From an uncultured delta proteobacterium (lineage in GTDB: Bacteria > Desulfobacterota > Binatia > DP-6): a stretch of DNA of 64,000 nucleotides. Location of the stretch: NCBI GenBank assembly GCA_963815115.1, contig CAWFFN010000009.1:1-64000 (forward strand), written 5' to 3'. The first letter of the stretch is position 1, and each line of letters begins with the position of its first letter. The position numbers and the translations under genes were made by a program. The notes under the pieces are model-generated. The model searched no databases, was not told where the DNA came from, and worked only from the letters and a program-made list of their open reading frames with translations. Positions 17,787-33,040 of the stretch are shown piece after piece.

Positions 17787-18000
17787 CGTCGAGCTGCTGG
17801 AAGCGGCGCAGCATCTGGATCAGACGCACGAACGCGCCCACCGTCGCAGCGACCGTGAGCACGATCGACCCCCAGGGCCCGGTCCCGAAGTGCTCGTCGA
17901 GATACCAGCCCAGGACGGCTCCCCCCCCGATCGTGCCCGTGAACTCGAAGGCGATGGCCATGCCGCGGGCATAGCGCGTCGCGCTGGACGACTGCGCCAA
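17776..18000 (-). CDS. AtpZ/AtpI family protein
   Basis: GGAVLGWYLDEHFGTGPW motif; TTG start immediately after the hemL stop. Confidence 0.8.
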   Translation of the reverse strand: MAQSSSATRYARGMAIAFEFTGTIGGGAVLGWYLDEHFGTGPWGSIVLTVAATVGAFVRLIQMLRRFQQLDDGA

Positions 18001-18001
18001 C

Positions 18002-19285
18002 TCAGCGACCTGCCAGGACCTTGTGCGCGGCCTCGACGAGGCGGTCGACGTCGGCCTCCGTGTGCGCCAGCGAGAGCAGGATGGCCTCGAACTGCGACGG
18101 GGGGAGATACATGCCCTCGGCCAGCATGCCGCGGAAGAAGTGCGCGAATGCATCGACGTCGGCGCGGCTCGCGGTCGGGAAATCGCGCACCTGCTCGACG
18201 CCGAGGAAGAGCGTCAGCATCGAGCCGACGCGGTTCACGCAGCCAGGCCGCCCGGTGGCCGTGAGGGCCTGGCGAAGTCCCGCCTCCGCGCGCGCGCCCA
18301 GGGCCTCGAGCCGTTCGTACGCACCCGCGTCTCGACGCAAGGTCTCCAGCGTGGCGCGGCCCGCTGCCACGCTGACCGGGTTCCCCGACAGGGTTCCGGC
18401 CTGGTAGACGGGCCCGACCGGGGCGATCATCTGCATCAGGTCCCGGCGCCCGCCGTAGGCGGCGAGGGGCATGCCCCCCCCGACGATCTTGCCGAGGCAG
18501 GTCAGGTCCGGCGCGATCCCGTAGCGGCCCTGCGCCCCTCCCCAGGCAAGCCGGAAGCCGGTGATGACCTCGTCGAAGATCAGGAGTGCACCGGCGCGGG
18601 CGGTCTCCTCGCGCAGCGTCTCCAGGAACCCCGGCTCGGGCGCGACGACGCCCATGTTGCCGGCAACCGGCTCGACGATGACGGCGGCGATCTCCGAGCC
18701 GCGGCGCCGCAGCAGCGCGCGCACTCCTTGGGGGTCGTTGAACTCGGCGAGCAGGGTGAGCTCGGCCAGCGAAGACGGGATGCCAGGACTGTCCGGCACG
18801 CCGAAGGTCATGGCACCTGACCCCGCCCGTACCAGGAGGGCGTCCAGGTGGCCGTGGTAGCACCCGGTGAACTTGACGATGGCCTGGCGGCCGGTGGCGG
18901 CCCGCGCGAGACGTAGCGCGGCCATGGTGGCCTCGGTGCCCGAGCTCACCAGCCTCACCTGCTCGACGCAGGGCATGGCCTGCGTGAGCTGGCGTGCCAG
19001 CTCGACCTCTCCCGAGGTCGGCGCGCCGAAGCTCGTCCCTTGCCTGGCGCGCTCGACCACCGCCTCGACCACTGCCGGGTGCGCATGACCCAGGATCAGC
19101 GGACCCCACGAGCCGACGAAGTCGAGATAGCTCCTGCCGTCGACATCGGTGATGCGGGTGCCGACACCACGTTCGATGAAGACGGGACTTCCGCCCACGG
19201 CGCGCCACGAGCGCACCGGGCTGTTCACCCCGCCGGGGATGACCTCACATGCTCGCGCGAAGAGCTCTTGCGACACGCTGCCCAT
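18002..19285 (-). CDS. hemL: Glutamate-1-semialdehyde 2,1-aminomutase
   Basis: Motifs IPGGVNSPVR, SGTEATM, FDEVITGFR, GKIVGGG and YQAGTLSGNP. Confidence 0.96.
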   Translation of the reverse strand: MGSVSQELFARACEVIPGGVNSPVRSWRAVGGSPVFIERGVGTRITDVDGRSYLDFVGSWGPLILGHAHPAVVEAVVERARQGTSFGAPTSGEVELARQLTQAMPCVEQVRLVSSGTEATMAALRLARAATGRQAIVKFTGCYHGHLDALLVRAGSGAMTFGVPDSPGIPSSLAELTLLAEFNDPQGVRALLRRRGSEIAAVIVEPVAGNMGVVAPEPGFLETLREETARAGALLIFDEVITGFRLAWGGAQGRYGIAPDLTCLGKIVGGGMPLAAYGGRRDLMQMIAPVGPVYQAGTLSGNPVSVAAGRATLETLRRDAGAYERLEALGARAEAGLRQALTATGRPGCVNRVGSMLTLFLGVEQVRDFPTASRADVDAFAHFFRGMLAEGMYLPPSQFEAILLSLAHTEADVDRLVEAAHKVLAGR

Positions 19286-19422
19286 TGGTGTCGCGGCACG
19301 GGTAACATGCGTTACCTGGAGCCGCAATTCTCTGACCGAATGCTATTGCGACTGCCGCGGGCTTGCCCTACATCACGAGCGGCCGGACTGGATCCTGGCG
19401 CCGCGGCGCCGTTGAAACGGCA

Positions 19423-20790
19423 GTGGAAAAGGCTGTGCGCAACTCGGCCGGACCCGGTCTGGAGCGGGCCTGGCGTGCCATTCTCGAGCGCATCGGCGAG
19501 CGCGTCGGTCCGCGCGACCTCGACGAGTTGCTGCGCCCGCTGCGTCCGGTCGCTCTGACGCCAGCCGAGCTTCGCCTGCAGGCGCCGACACGGCTCGTCA
19601 TGCTGTGCGTGAACGAATTCCTCCTGCCCGTGCTGCGCCAGGCCGTCTCGGAGGTGATCGGGCCGCGTCAGGTGCAGCTCGACATCATTCCCCGGGAGCA
19701 GGGCGAGCTCTTCCCCGAGGCGGTACGGCGCCGGGTCGATCGGCGCGCGCTCGCGCTGCGCGCCATGCTCAATCCCCGCTACACCTTCTCGAGCTTCGTC
19801 GTCGGCGCCTCAAACCAGTTCGCGCACGCGGCCTGCCGCGCGGTCGCCAGCCAGCCCGGGAATCACTACAACCCGCTCTTCATCTACGGCGGCGTCGGCC
19901 TCGGAAAGACGCACCTGGTGAGCGCCATCGGTCACGCCGTCCTCGAGCGGCGCCCCGAGACGCGGGTGGCCTATCTCGCCACCGATACCTTCGTGAACGA
20001 CCTCATCTCCAGCCTGCGGCGCGACCGCATGGAGGAGTTCAAGCAGCGCCTGCGCGGGGTCGACGTGTTGATCGTCGACGACGTCCAGGCACTCGCAGGG
20101 CGGGAGCGAACGCAGGAGGAATTCTTCCACACCTTCAACACCCTGCACGCTCAGCGGGCCCAGATCGTGCTCACGTCCGACAAGGTTCCGAAGGACATTC
20201 CCGGCCTCGAAGAGCGCCTTCGCAGCCGCTTCGAGTGGGGGCTCATCGCCGATCTCCAGCCTCCGGACGTCGAGACCAGGGTGGCGATCGTCGAGCGCAA
20301 GGCCGAGATCGAAGGCATCCCGCTCGGCCACGAGGTGGCCCTCTTCCTGGCGGACCAGGTGGCGTCGAACGTGCGCGAGCTGGAAGGCGCGCTCACCCGG
20401 CTCGGCGCGCACGCGTCCCTGCATCGCAAGGAGATCACCGTCGACTATGCCCGCGAGGTCCTCGCCGGTGTCCTCCAGGATCGCGGTGCTGCGCGCGTGA
20501 CCCACGACAGCATCCTGAGCGCGGTGTGCGAGCGCTTTGCGCTCCGGCCAAGCGATCTGGCGTCACGGCGACGCAGCCGGCACGTCGCCCTGCCACGTCA
20601 GATCGCCATGTACCTGTGTCGCCGGCTGCTGAATGCTTCCTTCCCGCATCTCGGCGAGCTCTTCCAGCGCGATCACTCGACGGTGATCCACGGCGTCACG
20701 GCGGTGGAGCACCGACTGAAGCGCGATCCCGCTTTCCAGCTCACCCTCGAGCAACTCGAGGACTCGATTCGCCGCCAACACGCTCCCTAG
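19423..20790 (+). CDS. dnaA: Chromosomal replication initiator DnaA
   Basis: YNPLFIYGGVGLGKTHL, DDVQ, QEEFFHTFN, RLRSRFEWG and RDHSTVIH; start approximate. Confidence 0.97.
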   Translation: MEKAVRNSAGPGLERAWRAILERIGERVGPRDLDELLRPLRPVALTPAELRLQAPTRLVMLCVNEFLLPVLRQAVSEVIGPRQVQLDIIPREQGELFPEAVRRRVDRRALALRAMLNPRYTFSSFVVGASNQFAHAACRAVASQPGNHYNPLFIYGGVGLGKTHLVSAIGHAVLERRPETRVAYLATDTFVNDLISSLRRDRMEEFKQRLRGVDVLIVDDVQALAGRERTQEEFFHTFNTLHAQRAQIVLTSDKVPKDIPGLEERLRSRFEWGLIADLQPPDVETRVAIVERKAEIEGIPLGHEVALFLADQVASNVRELEGALTRLGAHASLHRKEITVDYAREVLAGVLQDRGAARVTHDSILSAVCERFALRPSDLASRRRSRHVALPRQIAMYLCRRLLNASFPHLGELFQRDHSTVIHGVTAVEHRLKRDPAFQLTLEQLEDSIRRQHAP

Positions 20791-20920
20791 CTCGTGCACA
20801 GCTTCGGTGTGGACAACTCGTCGGTGATCCACTAGGGATTTCGCAACCGGAGCAAGCGTATCCACCGTGTCCACAGCCCCTACTGTGACGACTGGTCTAT
20901 GAGCTAAGTAGAACAACGAC
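20791..20920 (+). other. Replication origin oriC (dnaA-dnaN intergenic)
   Basis: DnaA-box variants TGTGGACAA (20808), TGATCCACT (20825) and tandem GTATCCACC/GTGTCCACA (20858-75), then a GC spacer GCCCC and DnaA-trio-like TACTGTGACGACT. This matches the basal unwinding layout of Bacillus/Actinobacteria origins. Confidence 0.8.
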
Positions 20921-20971
20921 GTACCCGATCCTGGGGACGGAGGGGAAAGGTCGAGCTCGTCGAGGTGTGAG

Positions 20972-22084
20972 ATGGAGGTCAGCGTCAAGCGGGAGGACAT
21001 GGTCCGGACTCTCTACCTGCTGCAGGGAGTCGTCGAACGACGCAACACCCAGCCGATCCTGGCGCACGTCCTGATCGAACCGGCCGAAGACGGCCTGTTC
21101 CTCACCGCGACCGACATGGAAGTGGGCGTCCGCTGCCAGCTGCCCGCGCGCACGAAGAAGAAGGGAGCGGTGACCCTGCCGGCGCGCAAGCTCTACGAGA
21201 TCGCGCGTGAGGTCGCCGCCGACGAGATGACGTTCCGCTCCGCGAGCGAGGGCTGGGTCGACGTCATGGCTGGCCGGTCGCGCTTCAAGGTGTCGAGCTT
21301 CGATCCCAAGGACTTCCCCGAGCTCCCGCTCGGCACCGCTGGAGGTGGCACGCAGGTCCGGGTGGCGTCCGGCACGCTGCGCGAGATGATCGACAAGACG
21401 CTGTTCGCCGTGTCGACGGACGAGACGCGCTTCAACCTCTCCGGGGTCTACGTGGAAACGGCCGATGGCGGGCTGCTTCGCATGGTGGCCACCGATGGCC
21501 ACCGCCTGGCCATGATCGAACGTGCGCTGGCCGACGCGAAGCTGCCGCGCGGTGTCATCATGTCGCGCAAGGGACTTGGCGAGGTTCGCAAGCTGCTCGA
21601 TGAGACCGGAGAGGCGGAGCTCACGCTGGTCGTGGCCGAGAAGGACGTCCGCGTGCACACGCCGACGGTGTCGTTCTTCATGCGGCTGATCGAAGGTGAG
21701 TTTCCCGACTACCGCCAGGTGGTGCCGGCGGCACCGCGCCTGCGGGCACAGTTCGGCAGGGACGGCTTCCTGGCTGCCTTGCGGCGGACGTCGCTCCTTG
21801 CCAGCGAACGCTCCCACGGCGTGAAGCTGCGGCTCGAGAGCGGCCTGCTCGAGCTGTCGGCGAGCAACCCCGATCTGGGCGAGGCGAGCGAAGACCTCGA
21901 GGTCGCCTATGCGGGCGACCCGATCACCATCGGGTTCAACGGGCACTACCTGATCGAGGTTCTGAACGCGCACGCCGCCGGAGACACCATCGAGATGGGT
22001 CTGACGGACGAGGTCGGCCCCGGCCTGCTCCGCGGCTCTCAGGATCCGGGCTACACCTACGTCCTCATGCCGATGCGCCTCTGA
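20972..22084 (+). CDS. dnaN: DNA polymerase III beta sliding clamp
   Basis: Motifs ATDMEV, VATDGHRLA, RLIEGEFPDY and C-terminal MPMRL. Confidence 0.97.
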   Translation: MEVSVKREDMVRTLYLLQGVVERRNTQPILAHVLIEPAEDGLFLTATDMEVGVRCQLPARTKKKGAVTLPARKLYEIAREVAADEMTFRSASEGWVDVMAGRSRFKVSSFDPKDFPELPLGTAGGGTQVRVASGTLREMIDKTLFAVSTDETRFNLSGVYVETADGGLLRMVATDGHRLAMIERALADAKLPRGVIMSRKGLGEVRKLLDETGEAELTLVVAEKDVRVHTPTVSFFMRLIEGEFPDYRQVVPAAPRLRAQFGRDGFLAALRRTSLLASERSHGVKLRLESGLLELSASNPDLGEASEDLEVAYAGDPITIGFNGHYLIEVLNAHAAGDTIEMGLTDEVGPGLLRGSQDPGYTYVLMPMRL

Positions 22085-22105
22085 AGGGGGCGCGCGGACC
22101 TCTGA

Positions 22106-24613
<2,508 letters not shown>

Positions 24614-24638
24614 GCGCCGCGTGCGGGTCTAGCACGAC

Positions 24639-27143
<2,505 letters not shown>

Positions 27144-27234
27144 GGCGCGTCCGCGGTTCGGCGCCGAACGCGCGGCGGCGCGCACCCGTCGCCCGTATTG
27201 ACGTCGCGTCCGTGCCTGCGGCACGGTCAGGCCC

Positions 27235-28241
27235 ATGGCGTCGAGCGTGACCGTCCTTGGCGCGGGCAGCTGGGGCACCGCACTGGCCATCCACCTGGCC
27301 CGGCTCGGCCACCCCGTGTCGCTCTGGGGACGGAGTGCCGCTCTGGCCGGCCGGCTCCGGGATGCCGGCGAGCACGCCGATTGCCATCCCGGGGTGGCCT
27401 TCCCCGAGGGTCTCAGTCCGACGGCGGACCTCAGCGATGCAGTGGGAGGCGCCAAGGCCGTCGTCATGTCGTGCCCGTCGCACGCCATGCATGGACTGGC
27501 CGAGCAGGTCCGTCCCCTCCTGGATGACGACGCCCTGCTCGTGTCCACCGCCAAGGGAATCGAGCAGGACACCCACCGCACGATGTCGGCGATTCTCGAG
27601 GCCGCGCTGCCCGAGCACCGGACGCGGGTCTCGGTGCTGTCCGGCCCGAGCTTCGCGCGCGAGGTAGCGCGCGGCATGCCGACCGCCGTGACCGCGGCAG
27701 CGAGCGACCTCGGCGTCGCCGAGGAGCTCCAGCATCTGTTCACCGGGCCGACCCTCCGGGTGTACACCTCGACCGACGTCGTGGGCGTCGAGATCGGGGG
27801 CGCGGTCAAGAACGTCATCGCGCTGGCGGCCGGCGTGAGCGACGGTCTCGGCTTCGGGTACAACACGCGGGCCGCGCTGATCACCCGCGGACTGGCGGAG
27901 ATCAGCCGGCTTGCCATCGAGCTCGGTGCGGATCCCCGCACGGCTCTACGGCCTCTCCTGCCTGGGAGACCTGGTCTTGACCTGCACCGGCGACCTGTCA
28001 CGGAACCGCAGCGTCGGGCTTCGCCTCGGCCGCGGCGAGAAGCTGGCAGACGTCATCGCGAGCATGAGCGAGGTCGCGGAAGGTGTCCGCAACACCGTTT
28101 CTGTGCGCAGCCTCGCCCGGAGCGCTGGGTGTCGAGATGCCGATAACCGAGCAGATGTACGGCGTCCTCTACGAGGACCAAGAGCCTGCGAAGGCGGTGG
28201 TCGATCTGATGGCGCGGCGCCTCAAGCCCGAACTGGAATAG
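27235..28241 (+). CDS. gpsA: NAD(P)H-dependent glycerol-3-phosphate dehydrogenase (two apparent +1 frameshifts)
   Basis: [16 protein letters not shown] and GGAVKNV in the first frame. [11 protein letters not shown] follows a shift near 27942, and VEMPITEQ...KPELE* follows a shift near 28125. Confidence 0.88.
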
Positions 28242-28341
28242 CCACCGATCGGACCCCCGCCGGCCGCCTCCACGACCCATCAGCCCAGGCCGGCTCAAAA
28301 TTGACTTTGTCCTGGGTGCGTGGTTGAGAGACGGCTTCTCG

Positions 28342-28500
28342 ATGAAGAGGACGTACCAGCCGAGCAACCGGAAGCGGAAGCGCACGCACGGATTCCGGGC
28401 ACGCATGGCCACACCGACCGGGCGAAACGTGCTGAAGCGGCGCCGCGCCAAGGGTCGCAAGCGGCTGACCATCTCCATCCCCCCGAAACAGCCGGGGTGA
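28342..28500 (+). CDS. rpmH: 50S ribosomal protein L34 (missed by the ORF track)
   Basis: Translates as [52 protein letters not shown]. Confidence 0.97.
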   Translation: MKRTYQPSNRKRKRTHGFRARMATPTGRNVLKRRRAKGRKRLTISIPPKQPG

Positions 28501-28503
28501 GCC

Positions 28504-28854
28504 ATGCCGGACTCCCGCGCCTACCCGAAGGCTGTCCGGCTGCGGCGGCGGCGGGAGTTTCTGGCCCTCCAACGCCACGGCCGTCGTCGCCATACGTCGA
28601 GCTTCGTCGTCCTCCAGGCTCCCGCGGTGGGGCCCCTTTCGCGCCTCGGGGTCACCGTGAGCTCTCGGGTCGGGGATGCCATCGTTCGCAACCGTGTGAA
28701 GCGCCTCGTGCGTGAGATCTTCCGAGCGCGCCGGCTGGACATGCCGGCGACGCTCGACGTCGTCGTCATCGCCAAACCCCAGGCAGCTCAAATCACCCAT
28801 GCCCAAGCGGCCACCGAACTCGAACGCGCGCTCGGGGTTGCGGCCAGGACCTGA
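28504..28854 (+). CDS. rnpA: Ribonuclease P protein component
   Basis: RLGVTVS and the RNR motif [13 protein letters not shown]. Confidence 0.95.
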   Translation: MPDSRAYPKAVRLRRRREFLALQRHGRRRHTSSFVVLQAPAVGPLSRLGVTVSSRVGDAIVRNRVKRLVREIFRARRLDMPATLDVVVIAKPQAAQITHAQAATELERALGVAART

Positions 28855-29086
28855 GGCGCGGCTCGCGGCCGCCATCCTGATCGCCCTCGTCCGTGGCTAT
28901 CAGTGGTTGCTGCGTCCGCTCGTCGCGCCCAGCTGCCGGTTCGCCCCGAGCTGCTCGGATTACGCGACGGAGGCCGTGGCGCGGCACGGCGCCGTCGCCG
29001 GTGGGCTCCTCGCATTGCGGCGCATCGCGCGCTGCCATCCCTGGCATCCGGGCGGCTTCGATCCGGTCCCGGTGCGAAAGGGTTGA
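28838..29086 (+). CDS. yidD: Membrane protein insertion efficiency factor
   Basis: Motifs [10 protein letters not shown] and [14 protein letters not shown]; start uncertain. Confidence 0.92.
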   Translation: MRPGPEARLAAAILIALVRGYQWLLRPLVAPSCRFAPSCSDYATEAVARHGAVAGGLLALRRIARCHPWHPGGFDPVPVRKG

Positions 29087-29089
29087 GGG

Positions 29090-30701
29090 ATGGATCAGCG
29101 ACGTTTCTTGCTTGCTCTAGTGCTAATGTTCATCCTGCTGTTCGTCTACGAGCAGCTCTTCGTGCGCCCGTACCGCCGGCCGCCGGCGCCGGTTCCCGAG
29201 ACCGGGCAGGCCCCGGCGCCCGAGGCAGCGCGTCCCCCGGGGCAGCCGCAGCCTCCGGAGGGCGCGGGCGCGGTGGGGCTCGCGGCGCCCACCGACGGGC
29301 GACACGGCGACGGTCACCGTCGAGACCGATCTGCTGCGGGCGACCATCACGACCATGGGCGCCCGGTTGAAGTCGCTCGAGCTCAAGAATTTCCGGCAGA
29401 CCGTCGCCAGCGACAGCCCGCTGCTCGACCTGGTGACCCCGTCGCAGGTGCTGCCCCTGACCGCCGAGCTGGGGAACGGCAGCAGCGATGCGGCCATCGT
29501 GTACTCGCCGAGCACGTCGTCGCTCGAGGTGCACGGCTCGGAGCAGGGCGAGGTAACGTTCACCGCCAAGCAGCCCGACGGCATCGTCATCGAGAAACGC
29601 TATCGTTTCCCGGGAAACTCCTATCTTTTCGAAGTCGAGATCACGGCCCCGGCGGGGGGAAGCCGGGTGGGTTTGATCCTGACGCCGATCTCCGATCAGG
29701 GGGCCAGCGGTGGTCGGAGCTCGGGTCACGAGCTGGCGGTCGCGCTTTCCGAGGGGAAGGTGATCGAGAAGGCGATCGACAAGCTGGCCCAACCGACCGA
29801 GGTGCCGAACCCGGTATGGGCGGGCTTCAGCGCGCAGTACTTCGCGGCCGTTGCAGTACCCGAGGAAGGGACCTCCACGGCGTGGCTCGCGGCCTCGGAC
29901 GGCTTGCCAGTCGCCCGCCTCGACGTCCCGGCATCCCAGGGCCGGGGTCACTTCAAGGCGTTCTTCGGGCCCAAGGAGCGTGACATCCTTAATTCGGCAG
30001 GCCACCAGCTCGACCGAATCCTCGATTTCGGTTGGTTCTGGTTCATCGCGCTGCCGCTGCTCTGGGGGCTACGCTTCCTGCATCGCTTCATCCCCAACTA
30101 CGGCGTCAACATCATCCTCCTCACCGCGCTCGTGAAGCTCGCCACGGCGCCGCTCACGACCACCTCCTTCCGGAACATGAAGGCGATGCAGAAGCTCCAG
30201 CCCGAGATGCAGCGCCTGCGCGAGCGCTACAAGGACGACCAGAGCACCCTCCAGAAGGAGGTCATGGAGCTGTACAAGCGGCACCATGTGAATCCGCTGT
30301 CCGGTTGCCTGCCCATGCTCCTCCAGCTCCCCATCTTCGTGGGGCTCTACAACGCGCTGATGCACGCCATCGATCTGCGGCACGCGCCTTTCATGCTCTG
30401 GATCAACGACCTGGCGGCCCCGGATCGCTTGCCGATCGGGTTCGACATTCCGGGGATAGGTAATGGCATCCCCGTGCTGGTCATCCTGATGGGCGCCAGC
30501 ATGCTGCTCCAGCAATGGATGACTCCCCAGCAGGGTGATCCCACGCAGCAGCGCATGATGATGATCATGCCGGTGGTGTTCACCTTCATCTCGATCAACT
30601 TCCCGTCCGGGCTCGTGCTCTACTGGCTCGTCAACAACGTCCTGACCATGGGACAGCAATGGACCATGCTGAGGTCGGCAGATGGAGGCGCCGGGAAATG
30701 A
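29090..30701 (+). CDS. yidC: Membrane protein insertase YidC (apparent frameshift near 29299)
   Basis: N-terminal TM (MDQRRFLLALVL) is in one frame. VETDLLRATI, GCLPMLLQLPIF and LYWLVNN are in the next frame. Confidence 0.92.
29605..29618. promoter_or_regulatory. parS-like palindrome 1 (inside yidC)
   Basis: GTTTCCCGGGAAAC. Confidence 0.7.
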
Positions 30702-31464
30702 GATCCGTCGAGACGGAGGGTGGGAGTATCGACGAGGCCATCGACAGGGCGCTCGAGGCCCTGCGAGTGGAGCGCCATCAGGTCGAGGTCGAGATTCTCG
30801 AAAATTCCGCGCGAGGGCTCTTTGGTCTCGGCTCGCGCCGGGCAAGGATCCGGGCGACCGTCCGCGCGTCACTGGCAGCGACGCTCGATGACGCGAGCGG
30901 GGCGCACGCCGCCGAGGTTTCCCGGGAAACCTCCGCCGCCGATCACTCGCGGAAGCCGTCTCGGGAGATGGAGCCGTCGGGCGCGCGATCGCCGTCATCG
31001 AGACGATCCTCTCCCATCTCGTCGATTCCCCCAGGGTCGAGCGCGCCGAGGAAGCAACGGACGAGCGGGGCTCGATTCGCCTGTCGTTGAGCGGCAGCGA
31101 TAGCGGGATGATCATCGGGCGTCGCGGGCAGACCCTGGATGCGCTCGAGCACATCGTAAATCGTATTGTTTTCCGCGATGATACAGAGCCAGGGCTGCGT
31201 GTGAGCCTGGACGTGGAAGGGTACAGGGAGCGGCGGCAGAAGTCGCTCGAGGAGTTGGCCGAACGCCTCGCCGCCAAGGCCAGGGAAACGGGGCGGTTCG
31301 TCACCCTGAACCCGATGAGCCCTCGGGACCGGCGCATCGTGCATCTCGCCCTCCAATCGGACCCATCCGTCAGCACCAGAAGCGAAGGCGAGGGGCACTA
31401 CCGTAAGCTCGTCATCGTTCCCGTCGAGCGGCGCGGTCGCGAGACTTCCAGGGCCCGGCAGTAG
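30698..31464 (+). CDS. jag: Jag/EloR RNA-binding protein (Jag_N-KH-R3H; apparent frameshift in the linker)
   Basis: Jag_N (EGGSIDEAI..RGLFGLG) is in one frame. KH (IIGRRGQTLDAL) and R3H (RRIVH) are in another. The shift lies within about 30935-30985. Confidence 0.88.
30914..30933. promoter_or_regulatory. parS-like palindrome 2 (inside the jag linker)
   Basis: GAGGTTTCCCGGGAAACCTC is a perfect 20-bp palindrome and reads VSRET in Jag. Confidence 0.72.
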
Positions 31465-31504
31465 AGACCGTGCGCTGCTTGGCAGCGTCGCCGTCGCGGA
31501 TTGC

Positions 31505-32152
31505 ATGACCTCCGGCGAGGAGGTCGCCCTCGTACGAGGCGCTTCGGTGCTGGGCGTGTGCCTCGACGCCGCCTCGATCGACCGCATCGGCCGCTTCATC
31601 GATCGGCTCGAGCTCTGGAACCGCCACTCGCATCTCACCGGGGATCGCGATCGGGCCGTCCTCGTTCGCAAGCACGCGGTCGATTCCCTGGCCGTGCTGT
31701 CAGAGCTGCCGAGATCCGGCACCGTGGTCGACGTCGGCAGCGGGGCGGGTTTTCCCGGTGTCGTCGTCGGCTGCACCCGACCGGATTTGCCGCTGGTGCT
31801 GATCGAATCCCGTCGAAAGCCGGCTAGCTTCCTTTCCGATGCGATCCGGGGCATCCCGCTGCCGAAGGCGCGCGTGCTGCAGCTCCGTGCCGAGGAAGCG
31901 GTCCGCGATGTGGCGCTCGCCGGTGGCGCCGACGTGGTCCTCTCGAGGGCCATCCGCCTGGACGTCTTCCTGCCACTGGCGGCTTCTCTGATCGCGTCCG
32001 GCGGGCTGGTCATTGCCATGCAAACGCCGGCGACCGGGCCGGCCGCCGCCGCCCGGGCGGGCGATCCACACGGGCTAGAGGTCTCCGGTCTCAAGGACTA
32101 CCGCCTCCCGGACGGAGAAGCTCGTCGTCTGCTGATATTCTCGCTCCGCTGA
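31505..32152 (+). CDS. rsmG: 16S rRNA m7G527 methyltransferase
   Basis: Motifs WNRHSHLTG, HAVDSL, DVGSGAGFPG, RAEE and SRA. Confidence 0.92.
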   Translation: MTSGEEVALVRGASVLGVCLDAASIDRIGRFIDRLELWNRHSHLTGDRDRAVLVRKHAVDSLAVLSELPRSGTVVDVGSGAGFPGVVVGCTRPDLPLVLIESRRKPASFLSDAIRGIPLPKARVLQLRAEEAVRDVALAGGADVVLSRAIRLDVFLPLAASLIASGGLVIAMQTPATGPAAAARAGDPHGLEVSGLKDYRLPDGEARRLLIFSLR

Positions 32153-32162
32153 AGCCGCGAGG

Positions 32163-32176
32163 GTTTCCCGGGAAAC
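32163..32176. promoter_or_regulatory. parS-like palindrome 3 (rsmG-parA intergenic)
   Basis: GTTTCCCGGGAAAC, about 40 bp upstream of parA. Confidence 0.75.
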
Positions 32177-32216
32177 GCCTCTGTGGTAGGAACATCACTG
32201 CGGTTGGAGGTGTCGG

Positions 32217-33020
32217 GTGGGACGCGTGATCGCGGTGGCAAACCAGAAGGGTGGGGTGGGGAAGACGACCACGGCGGTCAACCTCGGAGCGGCGCTCGCC
32301 CTCGCGGGTCACCGGGCGTTGCTCATCGACGCCGATCCCCAGGCAAGCGCCACGACCGGGCTCGGCCAGCGCAGGTTCGGCGCGGAGAGCACGATCTACG
32401 AGCTGCTGCTCGGCGACCGAGCGGCGCACGAGGTCGTGAGCAGGACGCGGGTTGACGGACTCGATCTCGTTCCGTCGACCCGGGACCTGGTAGGGGCCGA
32501 GGTCGAGCTGGTCTCCATACCTGATCGCGAGCATCGCCTCTCGGCCAGCCTCGCCCGCGTACGGGACGACTACGCCTTCGTCCTGATCGACTGCCCGCCC
32601 TCGCTGAACCTGCTCACCGTGAACGCGCTGCGCGCCGCGGACGGCGTGCTGATCCCGCTGCAGGCCGAGTACTACGCGCTCGAGGGACTGACGGCGCTGC
32701 TCGACACCGTCTCCCGTGTCCGTGAGGTGCTGAATCCCGCTCTCGCCGTCGATGGTCTCGTGCTCACCATGTTCGACGGGCGCAACAGCCTCGCGCGCCA
32801 GGTGCAGGACGAGGTGCGCGCGCACTTCGGCGCGAAGGTCTTCCGGACCGTGATCCCGCGCAACGTCCGGCTGTCGGAGAGTCCGAGCCACGGCCTGCCG
32901 GTGCTGCTCTACGATCCCGCGTCGCGCGGCGCGCAGGCGTACCGGGCCCTCGCCCAGGAGGTGGTCGGCGCCCACGGCGAGGACGCCGCCGCGGCGGATG
33001 ACGCCATACAGGCCAGTTAG
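32217..33020 (+). CDS. parA: Chromosome partitioning ATPase ParA/Soj
   Basis: Motifs NQKGGVGKTT, DCPPSL, EYYALEG and IPRNVRLSESPSHG. Confidence 0.96.
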   Translation: MGRVIAVANQKGGVGKTTTAVNLGAALALAGHRALLIDADPQASATTGLGQRRFGAESTIYELLLGDRAAHEVVSRTRVDGLDLVPSTRDLVGAEVELVSIPDREHRLSASLARVRDDYAFVLIDCPPSLNLLTVNALRAADGVLIPLQAEYYALEGLTALLDTVSRVREVLNPALAVDGLVLTMFDGRNSLARQVQDEVRAHFGAKVFRTVIPRNVRLSESPSHGLPVLLYDPASRGAQAYRALAQEVVGAHGEDAAAADDAIQAS

Positions 33021-33040
33021 TCGATAAGAAAGGAAGGAAT

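Noticed and set aside
27930-29310. Programmed ribosomal frameshifting in gpsA or yidC
   Set aside because: No slippery heptamer or recoding signal was seen, and the multiple scattered indels fit sequencing error better.
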